Shown one piece after another: positions 23,230 to 34,949 of a stretch of DNA of 38,615 nucleotides. The stretch covers positions 1 to 38,615 of the forward strand of contig NW_021835716.1 in the NCBI RefSeq assembly GCF_006345805.1. The letters are read 5' to 3'. The notes below the pieces were generated by a model, which did not search any database, was not told the DNA's origin, and saw only the letters and a program-made list of their open reading frames with translations. How positions within the stretch are numbered: position 1 is the stretch's first letter; each line of letters opens with the position of its first letter. The position numbers and the translations under genes are program-made. The stretch comes from Octopus sinensis. Its lineage: Eukaryota.

Positions 23230-25560
23230 GAGGCATTTTCCAGTACATTTAGAGTGAGGCTAACGCCTACGAACAAATTAAAGAAAGAATTCACCCGTCG
23301 AAGAGTTTTGTTCACTTTTTAAAATAATGAATTCTCAACTCTCTGTGATGGTTTGTTTGAATTCTCAACAATTCCCTGACTGGAGATTGTTTGGTCTTAT
23401 TTGACAAATTTAATACTCTTCACCGACATGAAGATGAACTTCTATAAGAAAGGAGTACAAATATATGTTATGAGTAGAGCAACATTTTTATTGACTTAAA
23501 AAAAATAAAAATTGCCCTTAAAAAGTCAATGTAATTGACCATAAAATTTTAAAAATTGACCAAATAATTGACAGTAAAAATACTACTTTATTTTCATATA
23601 TAAACTACGTTTATGAAAATTTAAAGTAATTTTATTCATCGTTTATCGAGTTATTTACAATTAAGTAATATTTTACATTATCCACTTTAAAATTCCTATC
23701 CTTGGTTAAGATTTTGTTAAGAATCGAAAATGATCGTTCTACTGCGCACGATGTTGCCTGACATTCAATCAACAAAGAATAATCTAAAGGTGAAATGGAA
23801 TGATCATCGAAATTCATAATTTTTGTGATATCATTGGAATTCATCCTTTTGATAATATAATTTTTTATTCCACACACGTCTTCTTTAGAATCCAATGTTT
23901 TCAAATAATTGAATGCTTTTTTTATAGTAAAATTGGTCGATTCTAAATCATCAAGCAAATGTAATAAAGGTGAATATTGTGATATTATCGTCGTTGGATC
24001 TTCATGAAGTTGTTCATTAAATAAACATTCTTTCGCTCTTTGTTCTGTGTTTGTTCACAAAAAATTGTTTCTTGCATGTCACATGTAACTCACATAATTT
24101 ACAAAAAAGCATTCCATTTGGTGTAATTGTAAACTCTTTAGGATATTTTTCACAAATATTTTTAGCTTTTTTAAAATCCGAAGGTTTATTTTTAGGCATA
24201 AGTACACTATAATTAAGTTTAAAATTTGTTACAATAAGAGACAAATGTCACTGCGATTATTTTAAATTTATTTTGGTAATCTCCAAATTTAGGCATGCTA
24301 TAAATCTCGACGTATAAGCAATAGATTTTAATTATTTTTTCATTTTTTATTAATTTAAGTTAAATTTAATGGATTTGTCTATTTTTTTAAGAATAAAAAT
24401 TAAGCCGAAAAATCGTATTGTAAACTATTAGGAGCAGAAATTGCAGCACCACTTCAACAATAGACAATTCCATTTAGAATTAGTCATGTTGGCCATTGCA
24501 TTTCACGTTTTTGAGGTATTTTTTTAATTATATGAGAAGTTTGGCGGGAACAATGGTTGAAAGGGTAGGTGGTTGGTTCATTGTTAGTTTATTGACGATG
24601 TGTGTTTTTCTTTAATTTATTAATATTAAATTATTTATTTCTAACAAGGAATTATTTTAATAAAATTTTAATAATTTATTTTCCTGTGGTTTATACCATG
24701 ACTAAAAGTGGAGATTACCTTTATTTTGAGCTTTAAATAATATTATTTAAATTTTTATTTAAAAATTGACCTAATAAAAAACATTGACCTGGAAATCTAA
24801 AAAGTTGACCAAATTGACCTAAAGAACTTTTATATAAACTTTTTTTGACTTTATTTTATTTAATCATTATTTTTAGACTTAAGTCTAACTCTGGATTGAA
24901 TTGACTTATTGACTTATGTTGCCCTAGTTATGAGATGATACTGCCCTGACAATTCCCACAGCCTGGATGAGGGCATCGTAGCCACAGTTTTTGAAAAGTG
25001 GCTAGAACATCTTGAATGATTTGCCTCTGGTTGGGGCCGCTCACAATGTACTGGAGATAGGGGAAATAGAATACCAAATATTTGAACATTATTCCCATTA
25101 GCACAACACCCTGAGCAACAGAAATTCCAATTTCCTGAATCCGTAGCAGTCTACAAGCAAAAAATAAAAGTATCAAAACAGTTATCATAAGTGGAGTGGG
25201 ATCCTAGACATTCCAGAGTCGACTACTTTTGGAAAAAGATATATAAGGCAATCGAGGTCCCGATCTCTTCCTGCATGTACGAGCCCACAATCCACATTGT
25301 ATATTTACTGCTTTGGGCAAATATAATTGACAGTTCTGCGCTAAATCCTTTTCAGTGACAACTCCCAGACGGAGAGCCAGTCGTTGAAGGACTGCACCCA
25401 AAATTGTGGAAACAACGACAGCCACAAGAGCTAGAAATTGCAAAATAGGGACCACTTAATATCCCGCCAACTTCCTGTTCTCAAATCAGATTCAATGTTT
25501 CCCGGTCGACGTATGCGATGCTGACCAAAAAATCTGGACCAAGATAGGCCAAGATTTATA
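23230..25560 (-). pseudogene. Nramp: NRAMP/SLC11 divalent metal transporter gene, disrupted by a hAT insertion and indels
   Basis: SIAYVD(P)GNIESDL, LQRLALRLGVVT, MQEEIGTSIAL, LITV.DTF...YGFRKLE, ALIQAVGIV and SHN|IYLYS split by the insertion. Tiny introns at 25431-25455, 25204-25226 and 25051-25074. The left boundary is approximate. Confidence 0.85.
23475..24926 (-). mobile_element. Internally deleted hAT element (CGGBP1-like), 1452 bp
   Basis: TIR TAG(A/G)GCAACAT. Perfect 8-bp TSD GTTATGAG at 23467-23474 and 24927-24934. Subterminal TTGAC(C/T) arrays. Peptides FCKLCELHVTCKKQFFVNKH (N-terminal zinc finger) and QATSCAVERSFSILNKIL (dimerisation-like). Confidence 0.9.
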
Positions 25561-26739
25561 TAAAAAGCAAAAACCATACTGTGTATGTAAGACCGTCTGA
25601 AACATAAAAAATCAAAACAATATTGTCATAATAAAAACTAATTACAAAATTAAACGTAATGCTCTTTAAAAAAATAAGAGTTCCAGATAAATTTTAGCTT
25701 ATAAATATATTTTTAATCTTTTATTACTATAATTTCTTAAGAAAATAATTAAATATATTTAAGAAATAAGTAATTCTTTCGGAATTTAAAAAATGCCAAT
25801 AATTCAAGTGTGAACTTTACACAAATAAAATTAACAGAAATTAATCAAGATAATAAACTTTTAGATCATTTTTTATTTCATTGAAATTATGTTCTTTTGA
25901 TTAGTGAATATTCAAAATTACCTTGATTTAATTGCTCCCTCATTTCGTTCATTTTTATTAGCTCATTTAAGCAAAAGTTTTCTAATTTTAAATCTGGAGA
26001 ACGAAAAAATATATTTTCAAGATGTTTTATTTTATTTTCTATACATTCGTTGCTGATTCTTAAGCTATCCGAGCGTTCAAATAGTAGCGATATGTACTGC
26101 TTAGAAGCCTTTAAAAGATTACGTCTAGAAATCTATTTACATCAAACGTAAAATTACATTTCTGTCTGAATTTGGATGATTTGATTCAGATTCTGAAAAC
26201 TTTTTTTTATTTTATTTCGTCGTTTTCTTTCTTGATAATTGTGATGAAGGCGTTCATCAATCTAAACGATAAACGAGAGATAGTATTGTTCGTTAACCAA
26301 TTTATCTGAATTAATATCAGAATCATTGTTCTGTTATTAAAGAATTATATTTATTATTGACCTTAAAAAATTTTGCAAATAAATACAATGATTAATTTTT
26401 GATATTTTAAATACAATAAAGGTACCCTAATAAACTCACTAAACTAAGGTACAAGATAAAGACGGGAAAACATTTAAAGTAGACTACAAAGACCATATTT
26501 TTAGGAATTTAACTGTAAATATAAACATCATTATATTCTAGCCCTCCTCTCTCATCCGTGTGCGAGATCCCAGCGGAACAGGCGAAAGAGAGTCACTGTA
26601 GTCAAATTTATGACCTGAGTGAATATACCGTGGGTTATCTAATTAAAAAATAAAAGTTTTGATGACGGAGAAGAGCGGACTTTATCCATAAAACAACTCA
26701 TAATATAAACGAACCAAAATTAGAATATTTTTCTGAAAT

Positions 26740-27220
26740 TGACAAAAATCCAATCGAAGAAAAAATCATCCCCAAAAAAATTGTCCGTAAAAAACAACTA
26801 ATTGGGTTATTTCCCTTCATCTCTAACCACAGTGCCCCAAAGTCATCTTTGACTGAGATTGTGGCCATCGGGGACGTAATTTGGCTAGAACCCTCAGGAG
26901 AGGATGAATTGGCCCATCTTGGCCTGGTCTGTGTAAATTCGGCCCAATTCTTTGGGAGAAGGATCGGTTGGGACACAAGTTCTTGTTTGTTCATTTTACA
27001 ACGATGAATTGTAGAGGGATTGAATAAGAATTAGTGTGGTTGTGGATAAATCTGAGTTGTCTACCTTCAATAGAAGTAAGACAAGGGCACCGTTGAATAC
27101 CAGTTTGTTCAAAGCAGTCGAAAAGGCCTGCATTTATTACGATTTGGACAATCTCCCTGAAAACTGGTCAAAAAACGAATTATTTAGGCCAATCTGGAGA
27201 AACAAACAGTCAGATTGAAT
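26740..27220 (+). pseudogene. PWWP-domain-like gene or gene fragment with indels
   Basis: IVAIGDVIW followed by a shifted (R)MNWP, then VVDKSELSTFNRSK...SLFKAVEKA, resembling the start and end of a PWWP domain. Candidate 27-nt intron GTTATTTCC...CCACAG upstream. Boundaries are uncertain. Confidence 0.4.
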
Positions 27221-27786
27221 TAAGCAATGTAAATGGATTAATTTATTCAAGTCTGTGTATTATTCCTCGTCCTCTGACGAACATTGCGATCGAGAACACA
27301 AGGATTGTTTTGTGGCTCATTTCTACAAGTTTTTTGAAGACTGTGCTTCGTCGATAACCACCACTCCTATGCTTGGTGAAAAGAACTTGATTTCTACGAA
27401 TTTTTTCGAGTGGTAAAAACTACGGAGATATAAGAAGGTCATAAATGTGTAATAAAAAAGGTTTCCCGCGATACAAAGTGCATTTTGTTCTGGAGAAAAT
27501 GAAGGATTACGAATGTGAGACTCACCAAACAAGCCTATATAAGTAATCTACGATTCATATTTTAATAGATTTTGAGTCAATTTGAAGATTTTAATAAAAA
27601 ATTTGGGTTTGTTGTCCACAATAGATCGACGGGTATTATTTCCGGTGCTTCTGGAGGGAGAATAACGTGAGAGTAATTCGACAGTCCTTCACTCCACGAA
27701 AGTTCGAGATTTTATTATTTGTGTAGAAAAGAGTATTTTTGCATTCCAAATGACCACAAATCCAACACCGCGAAAAAAATTTCAAA

Positions 27787-29002
27787 ATGGGTCAAATTTT
27801 AGTTTTAATATTTTTTAGGAGTTGAGTCGTTTTTGAAAGATGAGGAGTACTGCAGGTTGATATCAATACATTTTGGTGGGAAATGTGTTTGAAATATTGT
27901 CAGAGGACTCGAACATGTCCTACAAAGTGAAGGTAGTCATTTCTGGTGATTAGAAGGTCTCGGCAGTGGAAGAAAAAGAGGACGGGAAGCACTACACAGT
28001 CCACTACGTTGGCTGGAATTTTGACGGAAATGTTAGTTTTTTAGAATCGATTTGACGAGGTTTTTGACGAAGTGACTCTGTGGTTGTTTTTAAGACAAGT
28101 GAAGAGTAATTTTGTGGGAATGCGGACAGTTTGTGAGAGTTCTCAATGTACATCAGAAGGTGTCGATAAAAGTGTATTTCAGTTTCAGAAAATGCAGTTG
28201 ATTTGGCTAGTGAGGCAAGACTTTGTGAGGATAAAATGGATGTTTCTAATGAGAGTAAAAAAGAACAGGGAGAACACATAAATGTCCAATATGTCCAACC
28301 CAGTTCATATATTCCATATTTGGTCCAAAGTAAATTTGATATAAGAATTGGAGATTTGAGAGAGCTTAGTGATGACAGTGACAGAATGAACTTTATTCGA
28401 GAGTTTAATAAGAAGGTGTTAGATTTGGGTATTTGAAATGGGGGTGATGTGGTAGAGGAAGAAGATATGCTTACAGTCCAAAGCACCCCGAGTAGTGGCA
28501 GTACAACTTAAAAATCATCAACCGAGTAATCACATTGATCACCCAACTCCAAATGCGGGCCATGTGTTCTCTCAATTTGGTTTCCCTGGCCATTCGAGAA
28601 AGTGTGGACAACTGTCAATTTCAATGCAACTACAATTTCCCATCACAAATAATCCACGTAACTATTCCCCCCAATGACGAATTTGGCTATACTTCCCTTC
28701 ATCAATGAGGAAATGGCCGCCAGTCTCCACACCCAATCGGCACCAGTACTGGAAGGGAAAACTGACAAAACGTTGGTCTGTCCTTGCGGGGTGTGTTGGA
28801 GGAGGAAGAATAGGAGGAAGTTATGTTGAGATTTGTCTCCCAAATAGGCAGGGAGGAGAGAAGCATATTCTGCCAGGCAATAGAGCTGTTCGGGTGGGAG
28901 GACTCGATAATTATATATTATACTTGCAATTTGCTCACTAAACACCCCGATGGACTATTAAAAATTGTCGGGAATTATTTCATCCATCAACACCAAGGTT
29001 GA
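27787..29002 (+). CDS. MRG-family (MRG15/MSL3/Eaf3-like) chromo-barrel + MRG domain gene, multi-exon, possibly damaged
   Basis: After removing introns 27791-27818 and 27933-27953: MGVESFLKDEEYC...YKVKKVSAVEEKEDGKHYTVHYVGWN..RFDE (Tudor-knot). Downstream IRESVDNCQFQCNYNFPSQII and MLRFVSQIG resemble MRG-domain helices. The exon structure is only partly resolved. Confidence 0.6.
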
Positions 29003-29011
29003 TCAATGAAT

Positions 29012-29509
29012 TTAGTAAACATCTTGTTTTTCCATGTCGGCATCCATTGTATGTATTTTGTATAACCATCGCCCAAAACTAATAGGCTTGGCCGCAAAAT
29101 ACGGAGAATTCAGCACGCGCAGTATATTCCCTTCTAATCGTGGGACACCAATTGTCCTCTGATCATTAACAAGCTCGATATTCCTACGAATGCGACAATT
29201 CAGACTCAATCGGGTTAAACTGAGTCGTTGTAGTACAACAGATAAGCGCTTTTTAAAATTAGGTTTGGCCTTTTTAAACCGACAAGTAATCTCTCTGATC
29301 ACGCAGTGACACTTGTGTGCTATTCCAGTCATTTCATTATTTAATCCCCTTTGCTGACAAATCATATCCTCCAAAACACGAGGCACAATCCATCTCGACA
29401 AGCAAAAACTTATTTCCATGATAATAAAAATATGAACATTCCAAATTAATCTTTTTGAACTTTCGAATATCGGCAAGGAAGGGTCTTGGTGTATTCTCGA
29501 CAATTCCAT
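29012..29509 (-). CDS. Hypothetical protein, 165 aa, no family recognised
   Basis: Uninterrupted ATG-started ORF filling the gap between the MRG-like and PXK-like genes. No motif was recognised. Confidence 0.4.
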   Translation of the reverse strand: MELSRIHQDPSLPIFESSKRLIWNVHIFIIMEISFCLSRWIVPRVLEDMICQQRGLNNEMTGIAHKCHCVIREITCRFKKAKPNFKKRLSVVLQRLSLTRLSLNCRIRRNIELVNDQRTIGVPRLEGNILRVLNSPYFAAKPISFGRWLYKIHTMDADMEKQDVY

Positions 29510-29569
29510 TGATGGATGGGGGGCAGGGAAGACAGAGACTCCTCTTTCACATCCGAGTTACTCTCCTTC

Positions 29570-31240
29570 GAGGAAATTTGTTTCTAGTCATTTCTCCACT
29601 CAAAACAGACTTTATGGCGAGATAATATTTTGTTCCTTTCTTCTCGAGGAAAGTGAGGACACCTTGTTTGTATGCTTACCTTTTTTATCTGGAAACTGAC
29701 TTAACAAATACAGTCTTCCGATCACCGATGAGGCGTTGCAGCCAACTGGCCGAGTGGGCCTCGAGCAATCCCTGCATTTTGGTGGGACGTGGATAGGATT
29801 GGAGACATACTCGTCGGACACATTTCGGTAGTATCTGTGGGGTGAGAACGCACACTACTTGAATTTGGACAAGTTTTGGAATGACGGAATGCCCGACTTG
29901 AGTGTCTGCTTTCCCAAAACGGCGGAGAGGACGAGCACTAGAAATAAGTGGCATGTCTACTGGTCTTTGAAGTGGACTGACTCAACGTCGACGAATGTTT
30001 CCATGAGAAATCGCCCGGTGGCAGCCTCGTAGAGCATGTGTGCGTACAAATACACGTCGAATGCGGTGGCGGACTACCTCGACACTCCCACCAACCTTAA
30101 TACTGCCGTGATCCACGCACAGAGGTCAATGAAAAGACGAGACACCCAAGGGAACTTTCTGTTTCGACCAGTTTGAAGATGCCGTTGATGAAGAAGACAT
30201 TTCCGAGATGGACATTGCCATGGAACAGTCCGTGGGCGTGCAAGTACTCGAGGGCACGGAGGATGTGGAGACCCAACGTGTTGATACCCGAGGACGGGAG
30301 AGGAGTGTTCGGTCCACTCATTTTGCGGATGAGAGAAGGCGTTCATCTTGTTCTTGCCAATCCCGGACTGACCCGTTGGGGAGAAGACGTGTTGTGGAGT
30401 ACATTCCCGACACTGCAAAGTGGGAGGACACGACGGGGACGATGAACTGGCACTGGTGGTCACAATTGGCACACACCTGGAACTTTTGAGTGAGGACGAC
30501 TTCGACAGTGATTGGGGACTGTGGGGAAGTACTCGTCTGGGTGGCGAGAAGGGAGTACGAAGGACAGCAGGTAGTTGGTCTTGCAGTGGGAGACCTTCGA
30601 CACAACAAAGTAGTTCTTGGACCCCCCGCCAACCAATGTCTGCCAGGAGACGATGGACAGTCCAGTTGTTTGTCGCTGTGGAAGAAGATAAAGGCATTTT
30701 CGGAGTGGAGGTCGGGGTGAGGGAGGACTACTGTTTATGTTTCGACTCTCTTCTCGTACGTCTCCAAGACCTCCCGGACAACCCAATAGCAGGAGAGCAG
30801 TTTGTCCTCCAACACCCATTGAGGAATATTGCATGTCACCTCATCACTCATACATGCAAATCCCCCAGTCTTTTCTGCACAAATTGGGCATCCAGTTTCC
30901 CTATCACTTTTTTTGGGGGAGTGACGGGGTCTGCGGGTGCACTTTGCTGAGTTTGGAGTGGAGGGCCTCGAACTGGCTGGAAAAATATTTTTCCAGTTCT
31001 CTGTTTTTATAATAAGAATGATTGACACTTTCGATGACATTCCAGAATATGCTGGGTTGAATTGGTGGAATTGGAAGAAACCAAACGGAATCCTCCATCT
31101 GCACCAACCTCTGTCCTGCCTTCAAACCTCGAACGTAGGTAACCCCATCCTGTCCTTTAAATACTTTTATCTTTTGTGGCTCTGATGACGAGGAATCTAC
31201 AGGCTCACAAAATAGACAAACCAGACACCGTCGGTCCACT
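29570..31240 (-). pseudogene. PXK: PXK-like gene (PX domain + pseudokinase) with many tiny introns and several indels
   Basis: SQFEALHSKL...SLP(P)KKVIGKLDAQFVQKRLGDL (PX); WTVHRLLADIGWR|SKNYFVV; CQFIVPV...RLLPNGSVRD; LHILRALEYLHAHGLFHGNVHLGNVFF; FDVYLYAHMLYEAATGR; SGIPSF. These are colinear with PXK. Introns at 30537-30558, 30453-30476, 30074-30095, 29938-29960, 29835-29858 and 29689-29711. Confidence 0.82.
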
Positions 31241-33759
31241 CGAGTTATCTATTAACTATACCCTGTTTTCTCCGTGTCGCGGGAAACGTCCAAAATCCCT
31301 AAAATAATACAAGTGGACATACCTTCCGTTGTCTTGAATGTCAGAGGAGGAGTGACTGAGTGGCCTTTCGTTGATTATAACTAAAGATCGTAAAAACGAA
31401 AATCAAACGATCACAAAATACTCTGATCAGCCACAGGAAGTGCATATTTATTTTTAGCGGATTCCTATATTTGTGATTAACCATCAAATTACAGTAAATG
31501 TCTCAACATTGTTCTTGATGTGCCCTATATGGATAAATTTACTAATTTTTACCCTCTGAATTTCATTATTTTAAAAACTCGAGTAATGGTGAACGTCCTG
31601 TGCAAATCATCAACATCTTTCATGTCCGTTATTTCAGTAATGTTTGCCGAATGAAGTGTCCTTGTAACATTCCCACCACAAACGAGTTTTGCATTTATTT
31701 CCTTCCATCTATTAAAAACAACACCATTCCTTGCCGGAGTGATAATTTAATATTCGCAATTTAATGCAATCTCGGAATAAACGCGCAAACATTGTTCTAT
31801 ACTTCCAACCGGTCCCGAATGACGGTCTAATAGTCAGAAGACCAGGATTTTAAATCATCGCATATGTCATCATACAAATACCCCGATATCATTTTAGACA
31901 GTCCTCCACGACGACCCGTCTTCCAAAACTAAAAACAACAATCACCTTCGATGTAAATTTGAAGGCAGATTAAAAATTCCCTGTTTATTAGTCAATGTCG
32001 TAAATGTCTCCACGTCATCTGATGGATATAAAAGTGGCTTCTTATTGGACAGTTTTAACGGAAACGAATTTGCAGTATCTGGAAACCAAAGAGAAGAGAT
32101 CTATTTGTCCAATCTCACAAATGATGTACCTTTCTAGCCAGAGTATAAGAACCATCACTGCCGACATCAAAGTAGTTATTAGTTTCACTTTCTCGATATG
32201 AATTAAGCAAATTAGTAAACGAACTCAAATTTGAATCAAAAACCGAGACTAAATATTTTATACAAATATAAACTGAGTGGTAATGGAGTGCTAAATCAGG
32301 ACGACAGAATCGTTAGAATTCATTTCAAACTGACGGACAATACGGAGTCGCAGGGATTCCAATACTTTGAGACGAATGTCAAGAATACCATTCAAACTAC
32401 GACAGTCAATTAAGATATACATACATAGATTTATTGATAAACCAATGTGGATATATACTATGTTCTGTTATCCCATTTGACACACTAATCGGGTAATACA
32501 GTCGTTGCAAATTATTATCCGACCTCTCCAGTTCATTCAAGACAGACACAATTTTCATTTGCTATCATGACTTTACAACACTTTACATTATTGTAGCCTT
32601 CATCACTAATATTCGCACCTCGGATTAGACCCCCGTTCTTCGATCGGTTCTTTATTTCCTCCACCTTCCGAGAAAGTATCGACAATCCGATTGTATGAAA
32701 AGGACGTGATCGAGGATGTTTTACAACAACCATTCAACACCATCCACCACCTCTTCTACACTCCTCTCCAATCATAACTAATCTAAATTAGTTCTCCAAA
32801 ATCCAACATCATCCTTTGGTGTATTTACTAATTTCTGATATTTATCAACGTAGTCTCATCACCAGTCTTGGGTTTCCGAGTACAAGTAACTGTCTCCAAA
32901 AGGCCTATTTCAGTAACAAAGTCAGATTTTACCGAAAATTCATTCCAAGCATCAACATACATTGGCTAAAGTTGGCTTGCAGAATGGAAATCATCTTCTT
33001 AGCTGTTGGTAGTTCGAAGAACGGTGGATTTCATTAACCCATTTCTGTTTCTTTATCGACCACAGTCGACTCATGAAGAAAGGAGGAACATAATTCTCCA
33101 ACTGAATCATTCTATGATCGACTGAGATAGATAAATATACTTCGCACACAAAAAATTATTAAGCTCGTTCGATTTACTAAAAAAATTCCATTTCGGCTCG
33201 TTTTGACAGAGAACAAGTCAGACAAGAGTGCCTTCCTGTCGGCATGCGAATTCTTATTTCTCCGAGTACTTATTTATATACTCATGAGAATCCCTCCCTA
33301 TATATGACTAGTATCAGGACTAAATACCGAGAACATACAACTCTCTCCAATTCACCCCTCTCTGGATTCGACGGGGGAGGTGAAGGAAAAATTTGTCTTT
33401 ACCTTTGATCACTGTCGGACTGGAATGAGGCCATTCATTCGTAGGAGTACAATTTTGTGGACTTTGACGTTCACTCTGGTGCCGTCACTCTTTCTGAGTA
33501 GAAGATTGTTCACATCCTTCCCACCCGGCAGCTCATTGGCTAAGACATCATAAGATAACCCATACTTTTATCCCCTTTTATTTCGAGAGAGATCATCTAC
33601 ATGATATTTATATATCATACATTTTTAGGATTTATTTTTATAGAAATACCGATCTGCTTGTATCATTAGCTGAAATATTAATTTCGACAAAATACCTTTT
33701 CGTGTTGAATATAACTAAGTTTTTTGGACATGTTTGAACCCTCGTCTGTCAGGGTCTCA

Positions 33760-34290
33760 GTTACGGAGAAAGCACGATAAATATCCGAATTTTTGCCCGA
33801 AGATCAACCAAACTCCTCTCACACTCAATTCGACACGACCACTCAATTAGTCGTTTAAGTTTGCAGTTTGGTCGAATAATACACGTCATCCGAGGATTCG
33901 AACGACTACAAATAAAGAATGTGCTTACATCACAACTCTGCCCTGGCATATAGTATTTTTCCTCTCATTTCTATCCCTCCCCAGTAAAGATTCTTTCAAC
34001 CAAATCATGAACCCCCACAATCTACATCTCTGAGAACTCAATTCATACCATAAAACTCCTGCAGGCAGAACAACCCAAACTTGGCCAGAATCAGGCAAAC
34101 TGGAAACACATTCGGAGTGGAATGCAGCACAACATTGGTGACAATTCATCAGATTGTTAGCTCTGCCATAAATTCTAAAGAAACAAACTTTCCACATTCT
34201 CGACACTCGGTTATAACCAGGAATTAGCCGATGAGTCACATAATACTCACAATGCTCACATATAAACTCAATATGAGTAATTTCCTCCAT
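33760..34290 (-). pseudogene. PHD-finger protein gene or fragment
   Basis: Removing a 34-nt and a 26-nt (34163-34188) GT-AG intron gives YYCRECGKANNLMNCHQCCAAFHSECVSSLPDSGQVW(G)CSACR, a canonical PHD spacing. One frameshift is needed at the Trp. Confidence 0.6.
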
Positions 34291-34949
34291 TTTGAGAAAA
34301 GGAGAGAGATTGACTCAGACACTCATCAAGTTAGGAGAAACTGAGTTTTTAGGGAGAGAATTGGCATAGAGATATCATGTGAATTATTTAATAAAACACG
34401 TTATGACCCTACATAAAAGCTAATCCGGGTGCCCTAGTTAAAAGGCATCGAATTATTAAATTGATTAATTAAATTAATCGACCGGTAATTAATTAACGTG
34501 CTTTATCTGGGTGTCACACTTATAGTGGTCCCAACTCAAAAAATTACAATTTCCTTTCCTCATTAAAAATATAATTCAACATCAAACATTTTTTTAAGAA
34601 AATTTCAAAAATACACAAATCAAGGGTCGGAGCAACAATGAAAACGCCTAAATATGAAAGAACAAACCAAACTTTCATTCAAATCTTTATAATTTGAATG
34701 ACAACACATTTTCTTAGCACCTCCACTACACCCAATACACACACCAAACTACCTCACAGCCGAAACCACATCTACTGGGCTCATTTGACGATCTGATAAG
34801 ATTAATAACGACCAATAAAACTGAAAGGAAGAGTACACTCCTTTTTGAAGACTGAGTGGGGCGTAATAAAGTGTACAGGGGCATGAGAATATTTCCAGGA
34901 ATAGGAGGCGTACATTATTCGAACATTATAGCCACCCTATCCACTCACA

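Noticed and set aside
26535-26640. snRNA-like GC-rich segment with a possible Sm site (AAATTTATG)
   Set aside because: It has no match to the conserved U1, U2, U4, U5 or U6 motifs I know. An Infernal search would be needed, so it is not supportable by eye.
30173-31185. Plus-strand and alternative-frame ORFs overlapping the PXK-like gene
   Set aside because: They are explained by the GC-rich minus-strand gene. Only short pieces of the minus-strand ORFs are true exons.
33895-33904. tRNA gene around GTTCGAATCC on the minus strand
   Set aside because: It is an isolated B-box with no A-box, acceptor stem or cloverleaf.
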